Assembly: GCA_963707595.1 (NCBI GenBank)
Contig: CAVPQQ010000002.1
Span: 888,117-952,116, forward strand
Length of the DNA: 64,000 nt
Reading direction: 5' to 3'
Origin: an uncultured Solirubrobacteraceae bacterium
GTDB lineage: Bacteria > Actinomycetota > Thermoleophilia > Solirubrobacterales > Solirubrobacteraceae
The translations under genes were made by a program, and so were the position numbers. A model generated the notes under the pieces. The model searched no databases. It was not told the DNA's origin and saw nothing but the letters and a program-made list of their open reading frames with translations. The number at the start of each line of letters is the position of its first letter. Within the stretch, counting starts at the first letter, position 1. Below are positions 46,929 to 55,966 of this stretch, piece after piece.

Positions 46929-47855
46929 ATGACATCCTTTGACACGGTTCGGGTGGCCGCGATCCAAGCGACTCCGGTGATCCTGGATGTGGAGGCGACG
47001 ATCGAGAAGGCCGAGCGCCTGCTGCACGAGGCGGCCGATGCGGGCGCGCGACTCGCGGTCCTTCCGGAGTGCTTTGTCTCGCTGTATCCGTCGGGATCGT
47101 GGGCTGGGTCGACGAACCCGTGGAGCGGCGTGTTCGACGAGTTGTGGGAGCGTCTGTGGGCGAGCAGCGTCGATGTGCCGGGTCCGATGCTCGATCGGCT
47201 CGCCGGCGTCTGCCGCCGGCGCGACCTGCACTTGGCCATCGGCGTCAACGAGCGTGACTCACAACGGCCGGGCAGCATCTGGAACACGCTCGCCTACTTC
47301 GGGCCTGGAGGATTCCTGGGCAAGCATCGCAAGCTCATGCCCACGGTCCACGAGCGCCTCTTTCATGCGGTCGGCGCAGGCGACGACCTCCAGGTCCACG
47401 ACACGCCGATCGCCCGGGTCGGCGGCCTGATCTGCTGGGAGAACATGATGCCCATGGCGCGCTACGCGGTCTATCGCGGCGGCCCGCAGATCTACCTCGC
47501 CCCGACGGCCGACGACTCGGCGAAATGGCTCGGGTCGATGCGCCACATCGCGTACGAGGCAGGCGCGTTCGTCGTCTCGGTGCCGCAGTTCATCCCCGCC
47601 GCGGCGTTCCCCGCCGACTTCCCGGTCGCGCTCCCCGAGGGCAAGGAGATCTTCGGCAACGGCGGCGCCGCGATCATCGATCCCGTCAACGGCGACATCG
47701 TCGCCGGCCCGCTCTACGGTCAAGAGGGGATGGTCGTGTACGACTGCGATCTATCCGTCGCGCTGAGGGCCAAGCGCACCTTCGACGTCACGGGGCACTA
47801 CGGCCGCGAGGACGTCCTCTTGCCGCTGCTGTCGCGGCCGAGTGCCCGCGCCTAG
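46929..47855 (+). CDS. nitrilase / carbon-nitrogen hydrolase
   Basis: LPE, HRKLMPT, ICWEN catalytic triad; FDVTGHYGR. Confidence 0.92.
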   Translation: MTSFDTVRVAAIQATPVILDVEATIEKAERLLHEAADAGARLAVLPECFVSLYPSGSWAGSTNPWSGVFDELWERLWASSVDVPGPMLDRLAGVCRRRDLHLAIGVNERDSQRPGSIWNTLAYFGPGGFLGKHRKLMPTVHERLFHAVGAGDDLQVHDTPIARVGGLICWENMMPMARYAVYRGGPQIYLAPTADDSAKWLGSMRHIAYEAGAFVVSVPQFIPAAAFPADFPVALPEGKEIFGNGGAAIIDPVNGDIVAGPLYGQEGMVVYDCDLSVALRAKRTFDVTGHYGREDVLLPLLSRPSARA

Positions 47856-47874
47856 GCCTCTCGTCGTTGACGGG

Positions 47875-49196
47875 CTAGCGTCGCGCCAGGTAGCTCTTGT
47901 GTGAGTTCAGGTGCTTGGTCTTATGCCGCACGAGGTCACGCACCATGACGGTCCCGCGCGCGGACCTGAAGTACGTGCCGCCGCACTGCTCGCGCGTCAG
48001 CCAGCGTCCGCCCCGACCCACCGCCGAGCCGGTTCGCCCGCGGGTTCCGAACGATGCCGACCCCGCGGTCCACAGCGCGTTCGGCTTGCGGCAGGTGCGA
48101 TCGCGCGCCAACCGCAGCACCGTCACGCCGCCGGACTGCGTGATCGTGAAGCGCCCACCGGAGACCGTCGCGGTCCGGTTGCCCGCCCGCGTCGCGACGG
48201 TCAACGCCAGTCGCCCGCGCGTGACGTCCACGTACGTGCCCATGGGCAGCACCTCGACGGCGCGCAACGTTCGCCGCTTCTTCGCGCCCGGCGTCCGCAC
48301 GACCACGCGGCCGCTCAGCGGCTTGAGCGCCACGCTGCGGCCGGCCACAGGTCCCGGCGGCGGCGACCGCACGGGAGGCGGCGCCACCGCGGGTTCCTCG
48401 ACGTCGCCCATCAGGCGGGCAACAACGAGGCTGTAGGGCGAGACGGAGCCCACCACCACGATCCGGCCATCAGGCTGAAGCCCGCCGTCGCCGAAGCGCC
48501 CGTCGCGATTCGGCAGCCGCGAGAAGCCATCCCGGCCGAACTGTGCGATCGAGCACCCCGTTGACGTCGATCCGCGCGACAACGTGCCGCCGCCGCCGAG
48601 GAGGGATCCGTCGCCTGAGAAGGTCGGATCGAGGTCGCCATCCGGTTCCAGGCGGGCCGCCGCGGCATGCTCGCCGGTGGAGCCCGCGACGACGATCCGC
48701 CCGTCCGGCTGGATCGCGAGCGCGCGAGCCGACCGCAAGTCCCCGAGCGCCGCCCGGCCGAATCCCATCACCGGATCGAGCCGGCCGTCGGGGCCGTACT
48801 GCGCCATCACCGCTTGTCTCCGACGTTCGCGACGACCAGGATCCGGCCGCCGGACAGCAGTGCGAGGTCCACCGGAAGCGCGAACCCGCCGAGGTCGGTG
48901 GTCAGCCGCCCGTCGTCCGAGAACGTCCGGTCAAGGGTGCCGTCCGCGCCGTAGCGGGCGACCAGCAACTGCTTGGCCGCGTGCCCCGCGACGACGATCT
49001 TCCCGTCTGGCTGGATCGCGAGTGCGTTGCCGCTGGTCTCTGCCGGGAGCACGTCGTAGCCGTCACCGGAAAAGCTCGGATCGAGCGCGCCGGGCGCGGC
49101 GTTCGCCGCGGACGCACCAACGAGCAGCAGCGCGAGAACGATCCAGATCGTCCAAACGCCGCGGCGATCCTTACCACCCAGTTCCCGCTCATCCAT
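47875..49196 (-). pseudogene. secreted delta-60-repeat protein with basic C-terminal domain (frameshifts/deletions)
   Basis: LDPSFSGDG / QPDGKIVVAG repeats split over frames. Confidence 0.7.
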
Positions 49197-49271
49197 GTCC
49201 GTATAACCGGCCGCCTCGCGCGTTGCTGCGGCGTTTCCAACGTCTGCCGAACCCCGTGCGACGCTGTGGCC

Positions 49272-49712
49272 ATGAGCCTCGAGATCACGACGACGTTGGA
49301 GCCCCGCGGCCCGGCCGGGGCGATCGTCCTCGACGATGAACAGGTCGCTCGCCTCGGCGCCGGGGCGAAGACGTTCCCGGTGAAGGTGACCATCGATGGG
49401 AAACCCGCCCGGCTGCGGCTCGCCCGAATGGGCGGCGAGAACCTGATCGGGTTCCGGAAGGAGATCCGCGCCGAGCTCGGCGTCGAGATCGGCGACGAGC
49501 TCCATGCGGTCATCGAGCGCGACGACGCGCCGCGCGAGATCGAGATCCCGGACGAGCTGCAGCGGGCGCTCGACGCCGATCCCGCGGCCAAGGCGGCGTT
49601 CGAGCAGCTCGCGCCGTCGCACCGCAAGGAACACGCTCGTTCGGTGGCCGACGCAAAGCGGCCGGAGACCCGCGCCAAGCGCGTCGCCGCGGTGCTGGAC
49701 GCGTTGCGTTAG
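49272..49712 (+). CDS. DUF1905/YdeI-OmdA family protein
   Basis: PVKVTIDG, PDELQRAL, LAPSHRKE, AKRPETRAKRV. Confidence 0.88.
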   Translation: MSLEITTTLEPRGPAGAIVLDDEQVARLGAGAKTFPVKVTIDGKPARLRLARMGGENLIGFRKEIRAELGVEIGDELHAVIERDDAPREIEIPDELQRALDADPAAKAAFEQLAPSHRKEHARSVADAKRPETRAKRVAAVLDALR

Positions 49713-50281
49713 AGGAGCGCGGGGTCGCTGGAGAGCCCGCGGTCGAGCACGGCGATCAGCCGCTTGAAGCTCTCGTCGAGATCGAGCGCGATCCCGAAGC
49801 CGTCGTCGGTCTCGAGCGAGACGAACCCGTGCAACGCGGCGCGTACGGCGCGGGTCGCGTGGATGCCGTCCTCGTCGGTGAGCCCGTAGCCGCGCAGGAC
49901 GGCCAGCACCGTGTCCAACAGGACGGTGGCGGCGGCCTGGGCGTCGGCGCTCTCGAGGTTCGACGTGCGCTGCGTGGTCGCGTACGTGCCCGGGTGCTCG
50001 TGCGCGTAGGCGCGGTAGGCGTTCGCCACGGCGGCCAGCGCGTCGCCGCGGGAGCGTCCGGCGGCGGCGGTCTGGAGCCGCCCGGCGAGATCACGCGCGC
50101 CCCGCGCCGCGAGCCGTTGGTGGAGATCGGCGAGCCCGCCGACATGCACGTAGAGCGAGGGCGGGCGTACGCCGAGGTGGGCGGCGAGGCGCGCGAGCGT
50201 GACCGCGTCGAGCCCGTCGGCGTCGGCCAGCGCGGCGGCGGCGGCCACCACGGTCTCGGTGTCCAGGCCGGCCCGCGGCAT
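49709..50281 (-). CDS. TetR-family regulator (WHG-type C-domain)
   Basis: LGVRPPSLYVH, ALHGFVSLE. Confidence 0.9.
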   Translation of the reverse strand: MPRAGLDTETVVAAAAALADADGLDAVTLARLAAHLGVRPPSLYVHVGGLADLHQRLAARGARDLAGRLQTAAAGRSRGDALAAVANAYRAYAHEHPGTYATTQRTSNLESADAQAAATVLLDTVLAVLRGYGLTDEDGIHATRAVRAALHGFVSLETDDGFGIALDLDESFKRLIAVLDRGLSSDPALL

Positions 50282-50982
50282 CAGCGCGCCGCCGCGGCGG
50301 ACGGGGTGACTCCGGCGCGGGCGAGGGCGCGCTCGATCGCGGCGCGCGGGTCGCGGATCACGGGGCCGTGACCGACGACCATCACCGACGGGTCCAGCGC
50401 CTGCACGATCCGCGCCGACTCCAGCGTCTTCTCGCCGTTCCAGGTGGCGGTCGCGGCCAGCGGGAACGGGAGCCGGAAGCGGTCGGAGACGTTGAGCCGG
50501 CCGTACGCCGTGAACGTGTCGCCGGCGATGACCGCGCCGTCGCGCGTGTCGAGGAACGCGACGTGCCCGGGTGTGTGACCGGGGGTGGCGATCACCTTGA
50601 GGCTGCCGACACGGTCGCCCGCGGCGAGCCGGGTGTCGGGCGTCGTGCGCACCTTCGGCCAGCTGCCCGGGAGCTTCCCCTCGACGACCTGCTCGCCGGC
50701 CAGGATCCGCGCGTCGAGCTCGGGCATCAGCACCTCGACGTCGTCGCCGAGGCGTTCGCGCAGCGCGTCGAGCGATCCGGCGTGGTCGCCGTGGCCGTGC
50801 GTCAGCGCGATCCGCCGGATCGTGCCGCCGGCGTCTCGCGCCGCGGCGATCAGCGCGTCGGCCCCGCCGCCGATGGTCGTGTCGACGAGCGTGAAGCCGT
50901 CTTCCTCGCGGACGAGGAACGCGTTGACGAAATGCATGCGGGTGAGCTGGGTGATGTTCTCGGTGACGCTGCTGGTCTTCAT
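50281..50982 (-). CDS. MBL-fold metallo-hydrolase
   Basis: THGHGDHAG, PGHTPGH, AGD, GHG. Confidence 0.92.
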   Translation of the reverse strand: MKTSSVTENITQLTRMHFVNAFLVREEDGFTLVDTTIGGGADALIAAARDAGGTIRRIALTHGHGDHAGSLDALRERLGDDVEVLMPELDARILAGEQVVEGKLPGSWPKVRTTPDTRLAAGDRVGSLKVIATPGHTPGHVAFLDTRDGAVIAGDTFTAYGRLNVSDRFRLPFPLAATATWNGEKTLESARIVQALDPSVMVVGHGPVIRDPRAAIERALARAGVTPSAAAAR

Positions 50983-51004
50983 CGGAGCCTCCGTCGGAGC
51001 CGTG

Positions 51005-51047
51005 CCTAATGTGATTAGGAATATACCTAATGGCATTAGGAAGTCAA
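51005..51047 (-). promoter_or_regulatory. promoter with tandem TetR-type operators
   Basis: CCTAAT-N3-ATTAGG twice (51005-51019, 51026-51040); TTGACT-16-TATATT. Confidence 0.8.
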
Positions 51048-51056
51048 GCCGCGGCT

Positions 51057-52747
51057 TCAGTCCCGGGGCACCTTGACCGTGAAGCGGTTGGACGTCGCGC
51101 CGAGCCAGCGGTTGCCGCGGAAGCGCACGACGACCGTCAGCGTCGTCCGTTTGCCGATCCGGCTGCGGGCCACCGTGAAGGTCGTGCGATAGCGGCACGT
51201 TGCGCTCAGACGCGCCCGGCGACGGCTCAGCTCGCGGCCGCTGAGCTGCAGGCTGACGGTGACGGACTCGCCCCGGCATGCCTTGGCGCGTGGGACGCCG
51301 GGCGTGCGGTAGCCGCTGGAGAACGGGATCGAGACCCGCGCCGACGGCTTCGCGGACGCGGATACAGGCACGTCGGGCTTTGGAGTCGGCGAGGGTGTCA
51401 CCTCGGGGATCGGGGTCTCCGTCGCGGTCGGTGTCGCGGTGACCGTCGGAGTCTCCGTCACGGTCGGCGTCGGCGTGGCCGTCGGGATCGCCGTGGTGAC
51501 GAACGTCTTGTCGGCGCCGACGCTCGTGCCGTTGGCGCTCGTCGCGACGAGCCGATAGTGGTAGGCGGTCTCCGGATCGAGGCCGGACAGGGTCGCGCTC
51601 ACCGGCAGGGTCGCGTCCCCACTGCCGGCATCCGTGACCGCGGTGCTCTGGCCGTAGCCGGCGGTCCGGCCGTAGTCGAAGCGGTAGCTCGTCGCAGCGC
51701 CGCGGGCGCGGACGGTGCCGCCGAGGACCGCGGTCGCCGACGTGAGCGCGCCGGCGCCGGTGGTGAGGGCGACCGGCGGGACGTCCGGGACGATCCGCCC
51801 GATCCGATCGGCGTTGCCCTCGGTGAACCACAGGTTCCCGTCAGAGCCCGGCCGTGATCCCGTACGGCCGGGCGGTGCGCACGATGCCGGTCGAGAATTC
51901 GGTGACCACGCCCGCGGGCGTGATGCGGCCGACGCGATCGGCGCCGCGACTCGGTGAACCACAGGTTGCCGTCGGAGCCCGTGACGATGCTCAGCGCGCC
52001 CGCCTCCGCCTTGATCCCGGCGGAGAACTCGGTGACGACACCGGCCGGTGTGATCCGGCCGACGCGGTCCCCGAAGGTCTCGGTGAACCAGAGGTTCCCG
52101 TCCGGCGCCGGTCGCGATCTCGTACGAGCCCGCTGAACGGCGTGATCCCGGCCGAGAACTCGGTCAGCACGCCCGCGGGCGTCAGGCGACCGATCAGCCC
52201 GTGGTACTCCGGGAACCAGAGATTGCCGTCCGGGCCGGCCACGATCGAGGTGAGCCCTGACGTGGTCGTGACCGGGAGTTCGGTGATGACCCCCGCGGTC
52301 GTGACGCGCGCGATGACCTTGCGGTACGTCCCGACGAAATAGAGGTTGCCGTCGGCGCCCGCTGTGATGCCGCCGGGGCCGGTGCCCGGCGCGATCCCGG
52401 CGGAGAACTCGGTGATGACCCCGGCCGGCGTGATCCGCCCGATCCGATCCGGCGGCGTCGGTGAACCACAGGTTCCCGTCGGGCCCGGGCGTGATCTGCG
52501 TCGGGATCGAGTCAGGCGAGAGCCCCGTCGAGAACTCGGTGACCACGCCGGCCGGCGTGATCCGGCCGATCCGCCGGGCCCGGTTCTCGGTGAACCAGAG
52601 GTTGCCGTCCGGCCCAGCGGTGATGTCGGTCGGCCCCGCTCCGTCGCTGATCGGGAACTCGGTGATCGTCACCGCCGACGCACTCGGCGCGCTCGCGAGT
52701 TGCACGGCCAGCGCGACGGCGGCCACGGCCCACCAGGCGCGGCGCAT
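51057..52747 (-). CDS. secreted Vgb-like beta-propeller protein (frameshifted)
   Basis: GPDGNLWFTE...IGRITPAGVVTEFS repeats, FnIII-like domain, PT linker. Confidence 0.82.
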
Positions 52748-54516
52748 CACGCGGAGGGGACCAGGGCCGTGAACTTGCTGCGGTTCGCGCCGAGGTAGCG
52801 GTTGCCGTGGAACTGCACGACGACCGTGAGCGACTTGTGCGTGCCGATCTTCTTGCGCGCGACCTTGAACGTCGTGCCGTAGCGGCACTTGCGATCCAGC
52901 CGCGCCCGGCGCCGCCCGAGCTCCTTGCCCTTGAGCGAGAGCACGATCGTCACGGTGCCGCGGCAGGCCTTGGACTGCGCCACGCCGGGCGTGCTGTAGC
53001 GGCCGCTGAACGGCACGGAGATAGTGGCCGGCGGACGCGGCTTGGGCGTGGCGGTGGGCGTGGGCGTCGCCGTCGGACTCGCCGCCGCGAGCGGGGCGGC
53101 AGTGGGCGTCGGTGAGACGGTGGCCGTCGGCGACGCGGTGGCGGTCGGAATCGGCGACACAGGCGCGTCCCCGGACGTGAACGTCCGGTCGGGACCCGTG
53201 CTCGTGCCGGAAGCGTTGGTCGCGAGCAACCGGTAGTGGTAGCCCGTGTTCGGGGCCAGCCCCGCGATGGTCGCGCCGACGCCGAGCGTTGCATCGCCGG
53301 CCCCCGCATCCTGCGTCGCCGAGCTCTGCCCGTACGCGACGGTCGTGCCGTACACGAAGCGGTAGGTCGTGCTGGCGCCGCGAGGGCGCACGGTGCCGTT
53401 CAACACGGCGGTCGAGCCGGTCAGCGTGCCGACCTCGCCGGTCGCCACCACCGGCGCGACGTCCGGGATGACCCGCCCGACGCGGCCGCCGACGCCCGGC
53501 CCGAACGCGGCCCCGGCGCGGCAGATCGAGCACGAGCCCTGCGTCGCCTCGGTGAACCACAGGTTGCCGTCCGCCGAGGGGGCGATCCCCCACGGATAGC
53601 CGCCGGAGGCGATGCCCGTGAACTCGCTGACGACGCCCGCGGTCGTGATCCGCCCGATGCGCCCGGTGACGTTCTCGGTGAACCACAGGTTGCCGTCCGG
53701 CCCCGCGGCGATGCCCTTCAGGTACGGGTCGGTGATACCCGTCTCGAACTCCGTGAACGTGCCGGACGGGGTGAGGCGGCCGATCTTCCCGACGGGCTTG
53801 GTGGTCGACCCCTCGAGGATGAACCAGATGTTGCCGTCGGGCCCGGCCGTGATCCCGCCGGCGGTCCGGCTGGTGTTGGTGAAGACGGAGAACTCCGTGC
53901 GCTGCCCGCTCGTGGTCATCCGCCCGATCGCCGCGACGCCCAGCGTGTACCAGAGGTTGCCGTCCGGACCGGCCGTGATGGAGGCCGGACGCGGGGTCGG
54001 GAAGGTTCCGCCGGGGGCGGTCCCTGCGGAGAACTCGGTCACGACACCGGACGGCGTGATGCGGCCGATCCGGATCGCGTACTCGGTGAACCACAGGTTG
54101 CCGTCCGGGCCGAGCGTGATCCCGAGCGGACCGGAGCCGGGCGTGATGCCCGCGGAGAACTCGGTCACCACGCCCGCGGGCGTGATGCGGCCGATCCGGC
54201 TCAGGCTCGGCTCCGTGAACCACATGTTCCCGTCCGGTCCGGCGGCGATGCCCGTCGGGTGCGCGCCCGCGGTGATCCCGGCGTAGAACTCGGTGATCGT
54301 CCCGTCGCGAGCGATCCGCCCGATGCCGTCGTAATCCGGCTCCGTGAACCACATCGTGCCGTCCGGGCCGGCCGCCATCCCGGACGAGCCGGTGCCCGGC
54401 GTGATGCCCGCCGAGAACTCCGTGATCGTGACCGCCGAGGCGGAGCCCGCCCCGAGCAGGAGCAGCGTCATCGCCGCCACGACAGAGGCGAGCGGAGACC
54501 GGTATGAGCGCAGCAC
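52747..54516 (-). CDS. secreted Vgb-like beta-propeller protein, paralog
   Basis: Same repeats and architecture; intact ORF. Confidence 0.88.
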   Translation of the reverse strand: MLRSYRSPLASVVAAMTLLLLGAGSASAVTITEFSAGITPGTGSSGMAAGPDGTMWFTEPDYDGIGRIARDGTITEFYAGITAGAHPTGIAAGPDGNMWFTEPSLSRIGRITPAGVVTEFSAGITPGSGPLGITLGPDGNLWFTEYAIRIGRITPSGVVTEFSAGTAPGGTFPTPRPASITAGPDGNLWYTLGVAAIGRMTTSGQRTEFSVFTNTSRTAGGITAGPDGNIWFILEGSTTKPVGKIGRLTPSGTFTEFETGITDPYLKGIAAGPDGNLWFTENVTGRIGRITTAGVVSEFTGIASGGYPWGIAPSADGNLWFTEATQGSCSICRAGAAFGPGVGGRVGRVIPDVAPVVATGEVGTLTGSTAVLNGTVRPRGASTTYRFVYGTTVAYGQSSATQDAGAGDATLGVGATIAGLAPNTGYHYRLLATNASGTSTGPDRTFTSGDAPVSPIPTATASPTATVSPTPTAAPLAAASPTATPTPTATPKPRPPATISVPFSGRYSTPGVAQSKACRGTVTIVLSLKGKELGRRRARLDRKCRYGTTFKVARKKIGTHKSLTVVVQFHGNRYLGANRSKFTALVPSA

Positions 54517-54556
54517 CGGGGCAGCCTTCCGTACCGGACTGCCGCGGTCAACCCGG

Positions 54557-54715
54557 TCAGCGCGGGAGCTTGCTATCCATCCGCTCGTGGTTCAGGCGCT
54601 GGGCCTGCGCCGCCTTGCGCTTGAGCGCCTTGTCCCCTGATTCGGACTTGCGTTCGGCACGTCGTTTCCCGAAGCGGCCGAACAGCCCCCGGACGCGTGT
54701 CGTGATCTCAGCCAT
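54557..54715 (-). CDS. small basic hypothetical protein (52 aa)
   Basis: GGAGG RBS; MAEITTRVRGLFGRFGKRRAERK... Confidence 0.5.
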   Translation of the reverse strand: MAEITTRVRGLFGRFGKRRAERKSESGDKALKRKAAQAQRLNHERMDSKLPR

Positions 54716-54764
54716 CTGCGCCTCCGCTCCATGTGCGTGGTGTGAAAGACCCTACAGGTCATCT

Positions 54765-55115
54765 ATGGTCGGAACCGTGAGCGCCGTGCACCACATCTCC
54801 GCCGACGGGCCGCTGCTGAGCAGCGGAGCCGACGCGCTCGGCGTGATCTACGGCGAGGAGGTGGACGGCGCGGAATGGGTCGCCGTCCCCGTCGCGCGGC
54901 TGGACCCCGCGTTCTTCACGCTCAGCTCCGGCCTCGCCGGGGAGATCGTCCAGAAGTTCGTCAACTACCAGCAGCGGCTTGCGGTCGTGGGGGACATCTC
55001 GGACCAGCTCGAGCAGAGCAGCGCGCTGCGCGACTTCGTGCGCGAGAGCAACCGCGGGCGCCACGTCTGGTTCGTCGCGGACGAAGCAGACCTCGCGCGC
55101 CGCTTGTCGGCGTAG
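54765..55115 (+). CDS. DUF4180 family protein
   Basis: FFTLSSGLAGEIVQKFVNY, ALRDFVRESNRG. Confidence 0.88.
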   Translation: MVGTVSAVHHISADGPLLSSGADALGVIYGEEVDGAEWVAVPVARLDPAFFTLSSGLAGEIVQKFVNYQQRLAVVGDISDQLEQSSALRDFVRESNRGRHVWFVADEADLARRLSA

Positions 55116-55125
55116 GCTCCGGAGC

Positions 55126-55953
55126 ATGTTCGCGACCTCTGGACGCGCGCGGCTGGCGTTCGACAGCACGGGTGCCGAGGGAGGCGCCGGCGTCCTGTTG
55201 ATCCACGCGGGCGTCAACGACCGGCGCAGCTGGGCGCACGTCGTCGACCGGCTCAGCCCGCGGCATCGCTGCGTCGCGTACGACATGCGCGGCTACGGCG
55301 AGACGACGTACGAGCGCGAGGACGGCTGGTCGCCGGCCGCCGACGCGAAGGCCGTACTCGACGCCGCCGGCCTCGAACGCCCCGTCGTCGTGGCGTGTTC
55401 GATGGGCGGGCAGACGGCGATCGATCTCACGCTCGCGCACCCCGAGCGTGTGGCCGCGCTCGCGTTGATCGGGACCGCCATCCGTGGCGCGCCGTACCCG
55501 GACCTTCAGGAGGGTCCGACGGCCGAGCTCGACGCGCTGATCGAGGCGGCCGATGCCGCCGGCGACATCGACGAGGTCGGGCGGCTCGAGGCCTGGATGT
55601 GGCTGGACGGGCCGAGCGCCAGGGAAGGGCGCGTCGGCGGCAGCGCGCGAGCGCTCTTCCTTGAGATGAACGAGCGAGCGCTGCGTGCGGAGGACCCGGG
55701 CGATCAGGCCGAGACTCCCGCCGCGTGGCCGCGTCTGGGGGAGATCGCGGTGCCCACGCTGCTGCTGCTCGGCAAGCTGGACGCCGAGGAGATCCAGGTC
55801 ATCGACGAACTGGCCGCGCCGCTGATCCCGGGCGCGCGGCTCGAGTTCCTCGACGGCGTCGCGCACGTTCCGCACCTCGAGAACGACCCGGCGACGCTCG
55901 ACAGGATCGCCGCGTTCGTGGACGCTTGCACAAGAGATCCAGATCGCGCATAG
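55126..55953 (+). CDS. alpha/beta hydrolase
   Basis: LIHAG, YDMRGYG, CSMGG, AHVPHLE. Confidence 0.9.
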   Translation: MFATSGRARLAFDSTGAEGGAGVLLIHAGVNDRRSWAHVVDRLSPRHRCVAYDMRGYGETTYEREDGWSPAADAKAVLDAAGLERPVVVACSMGGQTAIDLTLAHPERVAALALIGTAIRGAPYPDLQEGPTAELDALIEAADAAGDIDEVGRLEAWMWLDGPSAREGRVGGSARALFLEMNERALRAEDPGDQAETPAAWPRLGEIAVPTLLLLGKLDAEEIQVIDELAAPLIPGARLEFLDGVAHVPHLENDPATLDRIAAFVDACTRDPDRA

Positions 55954-55966
55954 TTCCGCGCCAACC

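Noticed and set aside
51780-54430. CRISPR-like regularly spaced repeats (CTCGGTGAACCACAGGTTGCCGTC)
   Set aside because: These are coding beta-propeller blade repeats with ~130-bp period and degenerate third codon positions; no cas genes.
51057-54516. Streptogramin resistance (vgb)
   Set aside because: Secreted multidomain propeller proteins; only fold-level similarity to Vgb.
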